From assembly GCA_965223545.1 (NCBI GenBank), contig OZ245006.1, positions 5,984,001 through 6,048,000 of the forward strand: 64,000 nt of DNA, written 5' to 3'. Of this stretch, positions 10,083 to 18,928 are shown one piece after another. The stretch is from Planctomycetota bacterium. GTDB taxonomy: Bacteria > Planctomycetota > UBA1135 > UBA2386. Below the pieces are notes generated by a model. It saw only the letters and a list, made by a program, of their open reading frames with translations. It was not told where the DNA came from and searched no databases. The stretch's first letter is position 1. Every line of letters starts with the position of its first letter. A program made the translations under genes and the position numbers.

Positions 10083-13000
10083 TCACCAGCTCAGTGTCAC
10101 GCGGTGGGTGCGGCCGGTGTTCACCATCTCGAGGCTCACCACACCGCCCTCCGCAGTGTAGCTGGTGATCCCTGGGTTCTGCCCCGGCGCGAGCTGCGTC
10201 CACTGCGAGGGATCGCTGCTGCCAGCATCGTTGAGATAGACCGCCGGCGACCAGTTCTGCACCTGGGGAAAGGTGAGCGAGAGCCGCGTGACGTCGCCGG
10301 TGTCGAGGTCGTCCATCGCCACGTCGACGCGGTTGACCGCGTGGTTGGGGCCGTGCTGCAGCGTGACCGCGTAGATGAAGTCCGGCCCGCTGGCCTGCGC
10401 CGGTCGCACGATGACCGGCAGCTGGCGGATCTGCTGGCCACCCTGCCCGGACGTGTAGGTGTAGGCGTCCCAGCCGAGGTGCTGCTCGCGCAGGAACGTC
10501 GCTCCGGGGAGGTCGCCCTGCACCAGCCAGTTGGTCGTGTTCTGGTACGAGTAGAGCTGCAAGTGGCCGAACTTGAACGGCGACAGCCACGCGTTCTCGC
10601 CCAAGAGCACGTCCGGCGTGCCGGCGCTGCCGGTGAGGTGCATCATCGGGTGGTTGGTGATCAGGGTGTGCGCGGGGTACTGGCCGTTCGAGAGGCTGCC
10701 GTCGACGTCGTGGATCGCGATGCCCCACACCTCGGGCACGTTGTGCAACGGATTCGACGTCGGGAAGCTGCCGAACTTGACGACAGGCGTCAGGCCGCCG
10801 TCGAAGCTCAGATCCTCGACCAGGTGGTTCGGGTGCCGGCGCGCGGCGCCGAACTTGTCGAAGAACAACCTCGCTCCGGCGCCGTCGTAGCCGACCAAAT
10901 GGCAGTCGAACATGCGGAACGGTCCGTCGTAGACGACCTGCGCGAAGCCCTGCTGGAACGGATCCGGAGACTGAGTGCCGAAGATGCCGTTGCCGGTGTC
11001 ATACACCAAGACCGAGTCCTCGAGGATGAACGAGCACGCGACCTGCATGTGGCCGCCGTTGTCGGCGAGGACGCAGCCAGTGAACGTGACTTCGTCGGTG
11101 AAGGTGCTGCCCGACCCCTCGCCAGCGTAGATGCCGGTGGTGCAGCCATAGGCGGTGAACCTCTGAATCGTCTGCGGATCGTAGAGGGCGCCGCTGGGGT
11201 CCCAGGACCGGTTTCTCCAGATGAAGTCATCCAGTGGGTCCCAAGGCGTCACGTGCGCGGTGTTGAAGGGCTCTTGGCCGACCGGGTGGTCGCGGAGCGA
11301 GTCGTTGACGTCGAACGCACTCTTGCAGCTGTGGCTGACGTTGTCGGCGAAACTGCCGAGCGGCGCCTCCATCGCGATGACGCCGGCGAACAGGGGTTCC
11401 CACGGCCACGTCGCCGAGGTTCCGGTCGGCAGGTTGTGGAGCGCGAACCAGTAGCCGGTGCCGACGGTCTCGGCCGCCACGTTGCCGGTGAAGTGGTTCG
11501 TCGGATGGCTGATCCAGAACGCCGCCGGCGTCCGGTTCTGCGGTTGGTTCATCACGCCGACCAACGGCTTGTTGTCGTGGATCAGCAGCTGGTCACCCTC
11601 CTCCGGACGCCTGGTGAACACCACCAGGTTGCGGTGCACTTGGTTCTCCTGCTCGACACCGTCCTCGAGGAAGATGCCGTGTCCCAAGTGGTCGAAGCAG
11701 ACGTTGTCTTCGACCGCGACCCGGTTCGATCCGTGCAGCGTGATGGCGCGGTTGAAGCTGCCGTGGACGCTGCAGTTGCGGATGAACTGGCCGGCGCCGT
11801 TGTCGCGCTGCATGTGCCAGTGCATCGGGTAGCGCGCGAGCGTCTTCTTCTGGCCCAGGCCGGCGAGCTCGACATTGGAGAAGCGGCCCACGCCGTGCGC
11901 GCCCGTCGCATCGCCCATCAGCATCACGTGGCCGCCGAAGGTCGATTCTGGTGCCAAGTCGCTGACGACGCGGACGTTGTGGCTCAGCAGGCCGACCTCG
12001 GCGCGCTGGTCGAGCGTCCAGCTGCGTTCGTCGGAGGTGCCCGGATGGGCAGTGAAGGTCTGCGCCGGTGCGCTGCAGTGCGCTGCGGCGTCGAGGACGA
12101 CGTCGAGCGTCAGCGCGCCGGTCGTGGCATCGATTGCGGTGATCGTGCAGCGCCGGCTGCGCGGGGTGGCGAGCTGCTGGTAGTTGGTGTCCATGTAGCC
12201 GGTGAAGACGACGACCAGCTCGTCGTTGACTTGCCAACCCATGCAGTCATCCACGGTGATCACGGTCGTCGGGGCGGTCGAGAAGGAGTTGTCGAGCGAC
12301 GCGAGCTTGGTCCAACTCTGCGTCGGAGCACCGTGTAGGTCGATCTGGCCGCCTGCGGCCGCGGCGAGGAACTTGGTGCCGGGGCCGGGCGTGATCTCGT
12401 TCGGATTCTCGCCCGTGAGCACGATCTCGAAGAGGTCCACGAACGGATTCTGCTCAGTGCCGACCCGCAGGTGCCCGGCGTCCTGGCTCCCGACGTCCTG
12501 GTCCACCAGGATCCAGCGCGCCGTCAGCGACCCGTCCTGGTCGTGGGCCATGAGTACCCCCTGGCACTGGACGGACTTGGCGACGCACGCGCCGTCCATC
12601 TCGACCGCCACTCCGGGCGGGATGTAGACGTCGTCCGTGGCGTCGGGGATGCCGTTGTCCCAGCTGCTTGCGTCGTTCCACGCCGGAATCGGGTCGAGCA
12701 GGACTTCGTCGAACAGGGCGATGTGGTCGCCCGAGCCGACCAGCCCGGCGAACACGACTTCCTTGGGGCCGAGCGCACCGGGCTGCACGCGGAACGGCGC
12801 CGTTGCGTACTCGGCGTACTCGCCGTCGGGCAGCTGCAGCTCGAACACGTTTTCACCCGCCACCGTGACGCGCAGTACTTGTACATCGGGGCCCTGTGTC
12901 CGCACGCGCTGCGCCGCCTGGAATCGCAGCTTCCACAGGCCGGCACTGGGGAAAGTGAACGAGCACCGCGCGGTGCCGAGGCCGTGCAGGAACGCGACCC

Positions 13001-13322
13001 GGCGGCCATCGGGCGCATTCTCACTCAGCGTCAGCAGCGACGAGTTGTTGTGGGCGATGCCGGAGCCGCTCACCACCGCCGGGCTGCCGGCTGGCACATG
13101 GTGGAACGCGAAGGGATCGAAATTCCAGGGCGCCCACACCGGGTCGTACTCGTGGCCGGTGACCGTCGGTTTCTCGAACCGGCCACTCGCGTCCGGAAAG
13201 TCGCTGGTCGTCGCCTGCGCGGTCGTGGTGGGGGGGAACCCTTGCGCCTGCGCGTCGAGCGGCGACGTGGCGGCGAGGGCGGTGAGGGGAGCGAGCAGCG
13301 CGCGGGGGAGAGAGAGCGTCAT
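10083..13322 (-). CDS. Secreted G8-domain / parallel beta-helix protein (TMEM2/CEMIP/fibrocystin-like)
   Basis: Signal peptide; WDNGIP..DDVYIP, LRVGTEQNPF, WTKLA, AEVGLLSHNV, FGGHVM, LARYPMHWH, SFNRAITLHGS, GHGIFLEDG, AFWISHPTN motifs. Confidence 0.85.
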   Translation of the reverse strand: MTLSLPRALLAPLTALAATSPLDAQAQGFPPTTTAQATTSDFPDASGRFEKPTVTGHEYDPVWAPWNFDPFAFHHVPAGSPAVVSGSGIAHNNSSLLTLSENAPDGRRVAFLHGLGTARCSFTFPSAGLWKLRFQAAQRVRTQGPDVQVLRVTVAGENVFELQLPDGEYAEYATAPFRVQPGALGPKEVVFAGLVGSGDHIALFDEVLLDPIPAWNDASSWDNGIPDATDDVYIPPGVAVEMDGACVAKSVQCQGVLMAHDQDGSLTARWILVDQDVGSQDAGHLRVGTEQNPFVDLFEIVLTGENPNEITPGPGTKFLAAAAGGQIDLHGAPTQSWTKLASLDNSFSTAPTTVITVDDCMGWQVNDELVVVFTGYMDTNYQQLATPRSRRCTITAIDATTGALTLDVVLDAAAHCSAPAQTFTAHPGTSDERSWTLDQRAEVGLLSHNVRVVSDLAPESTFGGHVMLMGDATGAHGVGRFSNVELAGLGQKKTLARYPMHWHMQRDNGAGQFIRNCSVHGSFNRAITLHGSNRVAVEDNVCFDHLGHGIFLEDGVEQENQVHRNLVVFTRRPEEGDQLLIHDNKPLVGVMNQPQNRTPAAFWISHPTNHFTGNVAAETVGTGYWFALHNLPTGTSATWPWEPLFAGVIAMEAPLGSFADNVSHSCKSAFDVNDSLRDHPVGQEPFNTAHVTPWDPLDDFIWRNRSWDPSGALYDPQTIQRFTAYGCTTGIYAGEGSGSTFTDEVTFTGCVLADNGGHMQVACSFILEDSVLVYDTGNGIFGTQSPDPFQQGFAQVVYDGPFRMFDCHLVGYDGAGARLFFDKFGAARRHPNHLVEDLSFDGGLTPVVKFGSFPTSNPLHNVPEVWGIAIHDVDGSLSNGQYPAHTLITNHPMMHLTGSAGTPDVLLGENAWLSPFKFGHLQLYSYQNTTNWLVQGDLPGATFLREQHLGWDAYTYTSGQGGQQIRQLPVIVRPAQASGPDFIYAVTLQHGPNHAVNRVDVAMDDLDTGDVTRLSLTFPQVQNWSPAVYLNDAGSSDPSQWTQLAPGQNPGITSYTAEGGVVSLEMVNTGRTHRVTLSW

Positions 13323-13708
13323 GACCGGTTTCCGTGGTGGCGCGACGGGGAGGGGTCGGCCGTGTCTCCCGGGTGCGGGAATGGGTGGACCGTCACGCGC
13401 AAATCGGCGATCCGGATTGCGACTCGGCTCCGACACCTTGCACGGGGCAGCGCTGCGGCTCAACTCGACCCAGCGGGTGTTCGGCATCGACCTCGGACCT
13501 TTGCCGCTGCTGCCGTCCGAACCACCGATGACGGCCGAGGTGCGCACTCGTTGGGAGACGGCTCCGTTTCGTGACCTCGTCGTCGATGGTCGCGCTGTGA
13601 CCCACGGTTGGCCGCGATCGTCGCGAGTTGGTGACACCGCGGGTGCCGCCCGCGGCCGCGGTCGCGGCGTGATACCTTGGGTGGCCCACGAGGTTGCCCG
13701 CCGAATCC

Positions 13709-16111
13709 ATGCCCCACCGCCCGCTCTTGCTCTCGCTCGCCCTCCTCGCCGCATCGCTGGCCGGCCAGCGGCCGCAGGCCTACCTCGATCCGATCAGTGC
13801 CGCGCCCGGGGAGCAGGTGACGGTGCACGTGTCGTCGTCGTCGTCCGCGGTCGTCGCCATCGTGTTCCACGCGCGCTCGTTCGCGCAGCGGGTCGAGGTG
13901 CTGCGGTTGCCGGCGGTCGTTGGTGAGACTCGCACGACCGAGCGCGGGTCGTACGCGTTCGCCGCCAGTACACCGGCGCTGCAGATCACCGGTGCGATCA
14001 CGCTCGAGGCCTGGGTGCGGCCGCTGCTCGCCGGCAATGGTCGATTCCAGGGCATCGTCTCGAAGTACGACTCACCCGGCGATTGCGCCTACAACCTCTA
14101 CCTGATGCCGGGTGGTGAGGTGGCGTTCTACCTCGGCGACGCGGCGGCGTTCTCCACTGCCAACCGCTTGGTCAGCTCGCGGCCGCTGGCCAACCGGCGG
14201 TACACGCACGTCGTGGCGACGTGGGACGGCACCACCAAGCGCATCTATCTCGACGGGCAGCTCGACGTCAGCGAGGACTGGGCGGGGCCGCTGTACACGA
14301 ACGCGCAGCCGGTGCGCGTTGGCAAGTACGGCACCGGCGGCGAGCTCTTCGACGGGCAGCTCGACGCGCCCGCGATCTACGACCGCGCACTGTCGGAGAG
14401 TGAGATCGCGCAGCGCACCGCCGAGCGCGCCAGCTACGGCGCCACTTCGACGGGCGTGCTGCCGGGGACGGTCGCCCTTTGGTACTGCGATGAGCTCGAA
14501 GGCACGACTCTGGCCGACGCCAGCGGCAACGGCCATGACCTGACCATCGTCAACAACGCGGCGCGCGGCGTGGCCGGCCCCGCGCCGCGCACCGGCCCGC
14601 TGCAGAGCCGCGCCGTGCGCTTCGCGCGCGATGACCTGTTCAACCCGCAGTGGCCCGCGACCTTCCGTTTCACCGTCGACGCGTCGTGGCCGAGCGGTTT
14701 CTACTACGTGCAGGTCAACGACCTCAACGGCCGCCGCAAGCTGCCGTTGGTGGTGCGGCCGGACCCGGCGCGCCGCAACCGGATCGCCGTGCTCGCCGCC
14801 ACCAACACCTGGCACGCGTACAACTCTTGGGCGGGCAACAGCCTCTACACCAAGCACGCCAACGGCGAGATCTGCTACTACGTCGGCATGCGCCAGCCCA
14901 ACCCAGGGGCCGAGGTCGATGTGCACACTCCCGGCGTCGGCATCGCCCACCTGGTGGATGCGGAGCGCTATCTGTACGAGTGGCTCGATGGGCACGGCTA
15001 CGCCTTCGACCTGCTCAGCGATCTCGACCTGCACCGAGACGCGGCGCTGTTGTCCAACTACGACGTGCTGATCCTCAACGGGCACAGCGAGTACTGGAGC
15101 CACGAGATGATCGACCACGTCGAGGCGTTCCAGGCGGCGGGGGGCTCGGTGGTCAACCTGTCGGGCAACACGATGTGGTCGCTGGTGACCTTCGATTCCA
15201 GCCTGTCGGTCATGGAGGGGCGCAAGCACCCGCACGGGTCGGGCACCATTCCGGCCAGCGAGCGGTGGCACAGCCAAGCGGGTGGTGTGCTCGGCGGCAC
15301 GCTGCGCTGCATCGGCCGGCCGGAGCACGCGGTGATCGGTACCGGCTACGGCATCGGTGGCGGCGCCGCGCGCGGTTGGTGCGTGGTGACCGATCCGGCG
15401 CACTGGGTGTTCGCCGGCACCGGAGTGCGCGCCGGCGACCGCTTCGGCGAGAGCGGGCTCAACGGGGGCTCGATGATGGGCTTCGAGGTCGATGTCGTCG
15501 ACCCGCAGTGGACCCCGCCGAACGCGCAGCGGATCGCCGTGGGTGCCTACCCGACGCCGACCTTTCAGCTCGGCATCACCAACTGCCAGACGCGGACGAG
15601 CTGGAACGTGACCGAGGGCGGCGACGTGCTGTACTTCGACCATCCCGGCGGCGGTGCGGTCTTCGGCATCCCGAGCGTGACCGCCGGTGGCTCGCTGGTC
15701 GTCGACGCCGTGGCGACGCGCATGCTGCAGAACGTGCTCGCCCGCTTCTTGGCGCCGCGCGCATCGTGTGCCTTTCGCAACGGCAGCGGCGTCAACCCGA
15801 CCGGCTTCGACTGCGTGACGATGCCCGTGCTCGGCGCGGTGTGGCGCACCGAAGTGGCGACGGTGGCGAGCACGGTGAGCACCGGCGTCGGCCTCGCGGC
15901 GGCCGCGGCGCAGGTGCCGTTCGCCGGCGGGGAGCTCTTGTTGGGCACCGACCCGCCACCGGTGTTCTTGTCCGGCATCGGCAGCCACTCCGTGACCATT
16001 CCGTACCTCGGCGCCCTGCTCGGCGCGCCGCTGACCAGTCAGGGGTTTCGCGTCGATTCGGGTCCGCGCCTCGTGTTGTTGAACGCGCAGGACTTGGTCG
16101 TCGGCCGCTGA
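13709..16111 (+). CDS. Secreted N,N-dimethylformamidase beta-subunit-like protein with LamG domain
   Basis: Signal peptide; LamG (TLEAWV, YTHVVATWDG, IYDRALS); SGFYYV, TWHAYN, SLY, GHSEYWS, LSGNTMW motifs. Confidence 0.8.
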   Translation: MPHRPLLLSLALLAASLAGQRPQAYLDPISAAPGEQVTVHVSSSSSAVVAIVFHARSFAQRVEVLRLPAVVGETRTTERGSYAFAASTPALQITGAITLEAWVRPLLAGNGRFQGIVSKYDSPGDCAYNLYLMPGGEVAFYLGDAAAFSTANRLVSSRPLANRRYTHVVATWDGTTKRIYLDGQLDVSEDWAGPLYTNAQPVRVGKYGTGGELFDGQLDAPAIYDRALSESEIAQRTAERASYGATSTGVLPGTVALWYCDELEGTTLADASGNGHDLTIVNNAARGVAGPAPRTGPLQSRAVRFARDDLFNPQWPATFRFTVDASWPSGFYYVQVNDLNGRRKLPLVVRPDPARRNRIAVLAATNTWHAYNSWAGNSLYTKHANGEICYYVGMRQPNPGAEVDVHTPGVGIAHLVDAERYLYEWLDGHGYAFDLLSDLDLHRDAALLSNYDVLILNGHSEYWSHEMIDHVEAFQAAGGSVVNLSGNTMWSLVTFDSSLSVMEGRKHPHGSGTIPASERWHSQAGGVLGGTLRCIGRPEHAVIGTGYGIGGGAARGWCVVTDPAHWVFAGTGVRAGDRFGESGLNGGSMMGFEVDVVDPQWTPPNAQRIAVGAYPTPTFQLGITNCQTRTSWNVTEGGDVLYFDHPGGGAVFGIPSVTAGGSLVVDAVATRMLQNVLARFLAPRASCAFRNGSGVNPTGFDCVTMPVLGAVWRTEVATVASTVSTGVGLAAAAAQVPFAGGELLLGTDPPPVFLSGIGSHSVTIPYLGALLGAPLTSQGFRVDSGPRLVLLNAQDLVVGR

Positions 16112-16143
16112 CCGGACGCGGGAGCTCTCTCTCGGAAGCGAAT

Positions 16144-16345
16144 CTCAGCGCGGCCGGGGCCGCAAACACGGAGCATTCCGCGACCCGAGCGTCGGTCGCG
16201 GGTCCCGCGGTCGCCGGCGGCCGCGCTGAGCCCAGAGGCCAGTGTTGTCTTCGAGCCTCCGGGAGCTGCGTTGTCGAAGTTCCAGCGCTATCGAGCCTTT
16301 CGAAAGGTTGTCGCCGCGCGAAGATTTGCGGACCCGGAGGCTCAG
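16144..16345 (-). repeat. ~200-bp structured intergenic element, copy A
   Basis: Inverted repeats CTCAGCGCGG(16144)/CCGCGCTGAG(16221) and GAGCCTCCGGG(16253)/CCCGGAGGCTC(16333). Bases 16221-16344 match the reverse complement of 27370-27493 with about 10 mismatches in 124 nt (manual count). Confidence 0.85.
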
Positions 16346-16540
16346 CGCGGCCACGGCCGCAACCAAACTCGGATGCCGCTCTTGCCGGAGCGGCTTTGAA
16401 GGCCTGACCCATCCGCCGCCGCGCTGAGCCAGGAGGCACTGTCTCTCCGAGCCTCCGGCGCGGCGGCGTTGTCGCCATGGCAGCGACGTCGCCTCGAGAA
16501 TGTTGTCGAAGCTCGAAGATTCGAGGCGCCGGAGGCTCAG
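16341..16540 (-). repeat. ~200-bp structured intergenic element, copy B (diverged, tandem to copy A)
   Basis: Same architecture: CTCAGCGCGG(16341)/CCGCGCTGAG(16419) and a 13-bp IR GAGCCTCCGGCGC(16449)/GCGCCGGAGGCTC(16526). It overlaps the TGA stop of the 16537 gene. Confidence 0.75.
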
Positions 16541-18801
16541 AAGCCAATCTGCGCGTCCAAACCCGCGGTCGCCACCATGCCGGTCGGGTTGGCGGTCGGG
16601 TCGAGCACGAAGGCTTGGCTGTAGAAGTGTCCGCCGAGCAACGAGCGCCGCGCCGGCAGGTGGAGGAACAGGCTGCCGCGCCCGCCCCGCCCCACCGTCG
16701 GCAACAGAAAGTCGTTGCTCTGATGGAGGAAGCAGCCGGGCATGCCGAGGCCGGCGAGGGTCAGTGGCAGGGGCAGGGGACCGATGGCACGGTTGGAGGC
16801 ACCGACGGCGACGAACAACGGCGGACTGCCGGCGGGCACCGGCTCGACCCACAGCGCCATCGTGGTGCCGAGTGCCGGCGCCTGCCCATCGGCGGCGAAC
16901 AGAGCCGGCACGCCGGCCGAGCCGCGGCAGCCGAGACCGTATGGACCACTGGCTGCCGACCGATAGCGCCAACCATCGCCATAGAGCGGCGCGCCCGGCA
17001 GTGCGGAGTCGCCGCCGAACAGCAGGAGCGATCCGCCGCGCGGGTCCCAGGCGGTGCGATGGCGCTTGGCCGCCGGCGGTCGCACTGCGGTGATCAGCTC
17101 GATCCAGCGGCTGCCGTCCCATTCCCACGTGTCGTCCAGGGGGCCGTTGCCGCTGGCGCCGCCGAACAGCACCACTCGGCCCCGCACCGGGTCGAACGCC
17201 AACGAGTGCGCGTCGCGCGCCGGCGGCGAGCGCGGCGGCGCCATGCGCAACCAGCGCGTGCCGTCCCACTCCCACGTGTCGTTCAGCAGGCCTCCCGGAT
17301 AGGCGCCGCCGAACAGCACGATGCGCTGACGCACCGGGTCAGCGGCCATCGCGTGTCGCAGGCGCGGCCCGGGCGCAGCACCGGGACTCAGCGGTTGCCA
17401 AGAGGCGCCGTCCCACGCCCACGTGTCGTTGCTCGGGCCGTTGGCGCCGCCGAACAGCAGCACCCGCGCGCTGCCGGGGTCGCTCGCCATCGCGCTCTCC
17501 GACCGCGGCGCTGGGCCGGAGGCGGCCGCGCGCCGCGCCCAGCTGCTGCCGTCCCATTCCCAGGTATCGCCGAACGCCACGCTCGCGTTGCGGCCGCCGA
17601 ACACGACGACGCGGTCGCGCGCGGCGTCGAACGCCGCGGCGAACTTCGAGCGCGCGGGGGGGGCGATCGATGGCGTCTCGAGCTGCCACTGTGTGCCGTC
17701 CCAGGTCCACGTGTCGCCGCGCACGCTCACCCGGCCGCCTCCGGTGTCGACTTCGCCGCCGAACAGCAGGACGCCGCTGCCCGACGGCCCGGTGGTCAAG
17801 CCGTGACTGCGGCGGGCAGCGGGCTCCGCCAGCACCGGCGCGGCAAGCGTCGCCCAACTGCCGCGGTCCCACTCGTGCGTGTCGCCGCGTGGCGTGCGCG
17901 TTGGATCGGCGCCGCCGAAGACCACGAGCCGCCGCCGCGGCTCGTCATAGGCGACCCCTGGGTCGGACAGCCCGACCGGCAGGTTGCCGGCGGCGACCCA
18001 ATCGGATCCGCTCCACTCCCAGACCACCGCCACGGCGGTGCTCGCCACACGACCTCCGAGCAGCAGCACCCGGCCGCGTCCGCGGTCGTAGGTCATGCGA
18101 AACCCGCGCGGCACCGGCGGTCGCGTCGCCGGAAAGCGCTCTCGCCAGGTGGCTCCGTTCCACTCCCAGGTCCGTTGGTTGCCGAACAACACGGTCACGC
18201 GGCGCGCGGCGTCGTACGCCATGGCGTGCTCGAACTGCGCGGGGGGGCTGGCCGCCGGCGTCCGCGCCGACCACGTGCGGCCGTCCCACTGCCAGGTGTC
18301 GCCCAGTGCCGTGCCGTTGCGACCACCGAACAGCAGGACGATCCCGCGCGCGCTGTCGTAGGCCATGGCGTGCCGTTCGCGGGCGGGCGGCGCCGCGGCT
18401 GGGGTCATCGGCAGCCAGTCGGCCCCGTCCCACTCCCACGTGTCGTTGGTGGCGGAGCCGTTGACTCCGCCGAACAACACCGTTCGTCCCCGGCGCCGGT
18501 CGTGCGCCATCGCCGCCATGCTGCGTGGCGCGGGGCTGCGCGCGGGCCTGAGGGTGTGCCATCGACTTCCGTTCCACTCCCAGGTCTCAGCACTGAACGA
18601 GCCGTTCCAGCGCCGCCCGCCGAACATCAGCACGCGACCGCGCGTCGTGTCGTAGCTCAGAGCGTGACCGGTGCGTGCCCATGGGGCGTCGGCTCTTGCC
18701 CAACTCGTCTGCGCCGGACTGGTGGGAGCACACCACCAGCTGGCGGCGAGGATGCATGCCATCCGGTGAACGGAACGGCGGAGCATCGGGGGTGGGAGCA
18801 C
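16537..18801 (-). CDS. Secreted Kelch-like repeat protein (LFGG...DTWEWDG repeats) with C-terminal domain
   Basis: About 12 repeats of MAYD..R.RVVLFGG...DTWEWDG..W; exact start uncertain. Confidence 0.85.
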   Translation of the reverse strand: MLPPPMLRRSVHRMACILAASWWCAPTSPAQTSWARADAPWARTGHALSYDTTRGRVLMFGGRRWNGSFSAETWEWNGSRWHTLRPARSPAPRSMAAMAHDRRRGRTVLFGGVNGSATNDTWEWDGADWLPMTPAAAPPARERHAMAYDSARGIVLLFGGRNGTALGDTWQWDGRTWSARTPAASPPAQFEHAMAYDAARRVTVLFGNQRTWEWNGATWRERFPATRPPVPRGFRMTYDRGRGRVLLLGGRVASTAVAVVWEWSGSDWVAAGNLPVGLSDPGVAYDEPRRRLVVFGGADPTRTPRGDTHEWDRGSWATLAAPVLAEPAARRSHGLTTGPSGSGVLLFGGEVDTGGGRVSVRGDTWTWDGTQWQLETPSIAPPARSKFAAAFDAARDRVVVFGGRNASVAFGDTWEWDGSSWARRAAASGPAPRSESAMASDPGSARVLLFGGANGPSNDTWAWDGASWQPLSPGAAPGPRLRHAMAADPVRQRIVLFGGAYPGGLLNDTWEWDGTRWLRMAPPRSPPARDAHSLAFDPVRGRVVLFGGASGNGPLDDTWEWDGSRWIELITAVRPPAAKRHRTAWDPRGGSLLLFGGDSALPGAPLYGDGWRYRSAASGPYGLGCRGSAGVPALFAADGQAPALGTTMALWVEPVPAGSPPLFVAVGASNRAIGPLPLPLTLAGLGMPGCFLHQSNDFLLPTVGRGGRGSLFLHLPARRSLLGGHFYSQAFVLDPTANPTGMVATAGLDAQIGF

Positions 18802-18928
18802 GGGGGGCGGGTGGGGAGTGAACGTCGGGCCGCCGCGAGGTGGCGCACCGACCAGATCCCTGAGACTCCCCGACCGCTAACGATCGTATTCCAGTGACGA
18901 ACGCGCTGGGAAGGCCCCCCGGCCGCGC

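Noticed and set aside
9051..12338. 1095-aa plus-strand ORF (and similar ones at 22005-24335, 53024-55597, 14072-15988)
   Set aside because: Antisense shadows of well-supported genes, expected in very high-GC DNA; no motifs.
13323..13708. Riboswitch or ncRNA in the long divergent intergenic region
   Set aside because: No recognisable conserved aptamer motif; an Rfam search would be needed.
16144..16540. CRISPR array or integron attC interpretation of the repeats
   Set aside because: No short identical repeats with unique spacers, no cas or integrase gene, and no clear RYYYAAC/GTTRRRY ends.
16537..18801. Periodic DNA repeats (CCGTCCCACTCCCA; also GTGCCGTC in 6002-9018)
   Set aside because: Explained by protein-level Kelch-like and ELWxxDGT repeats.
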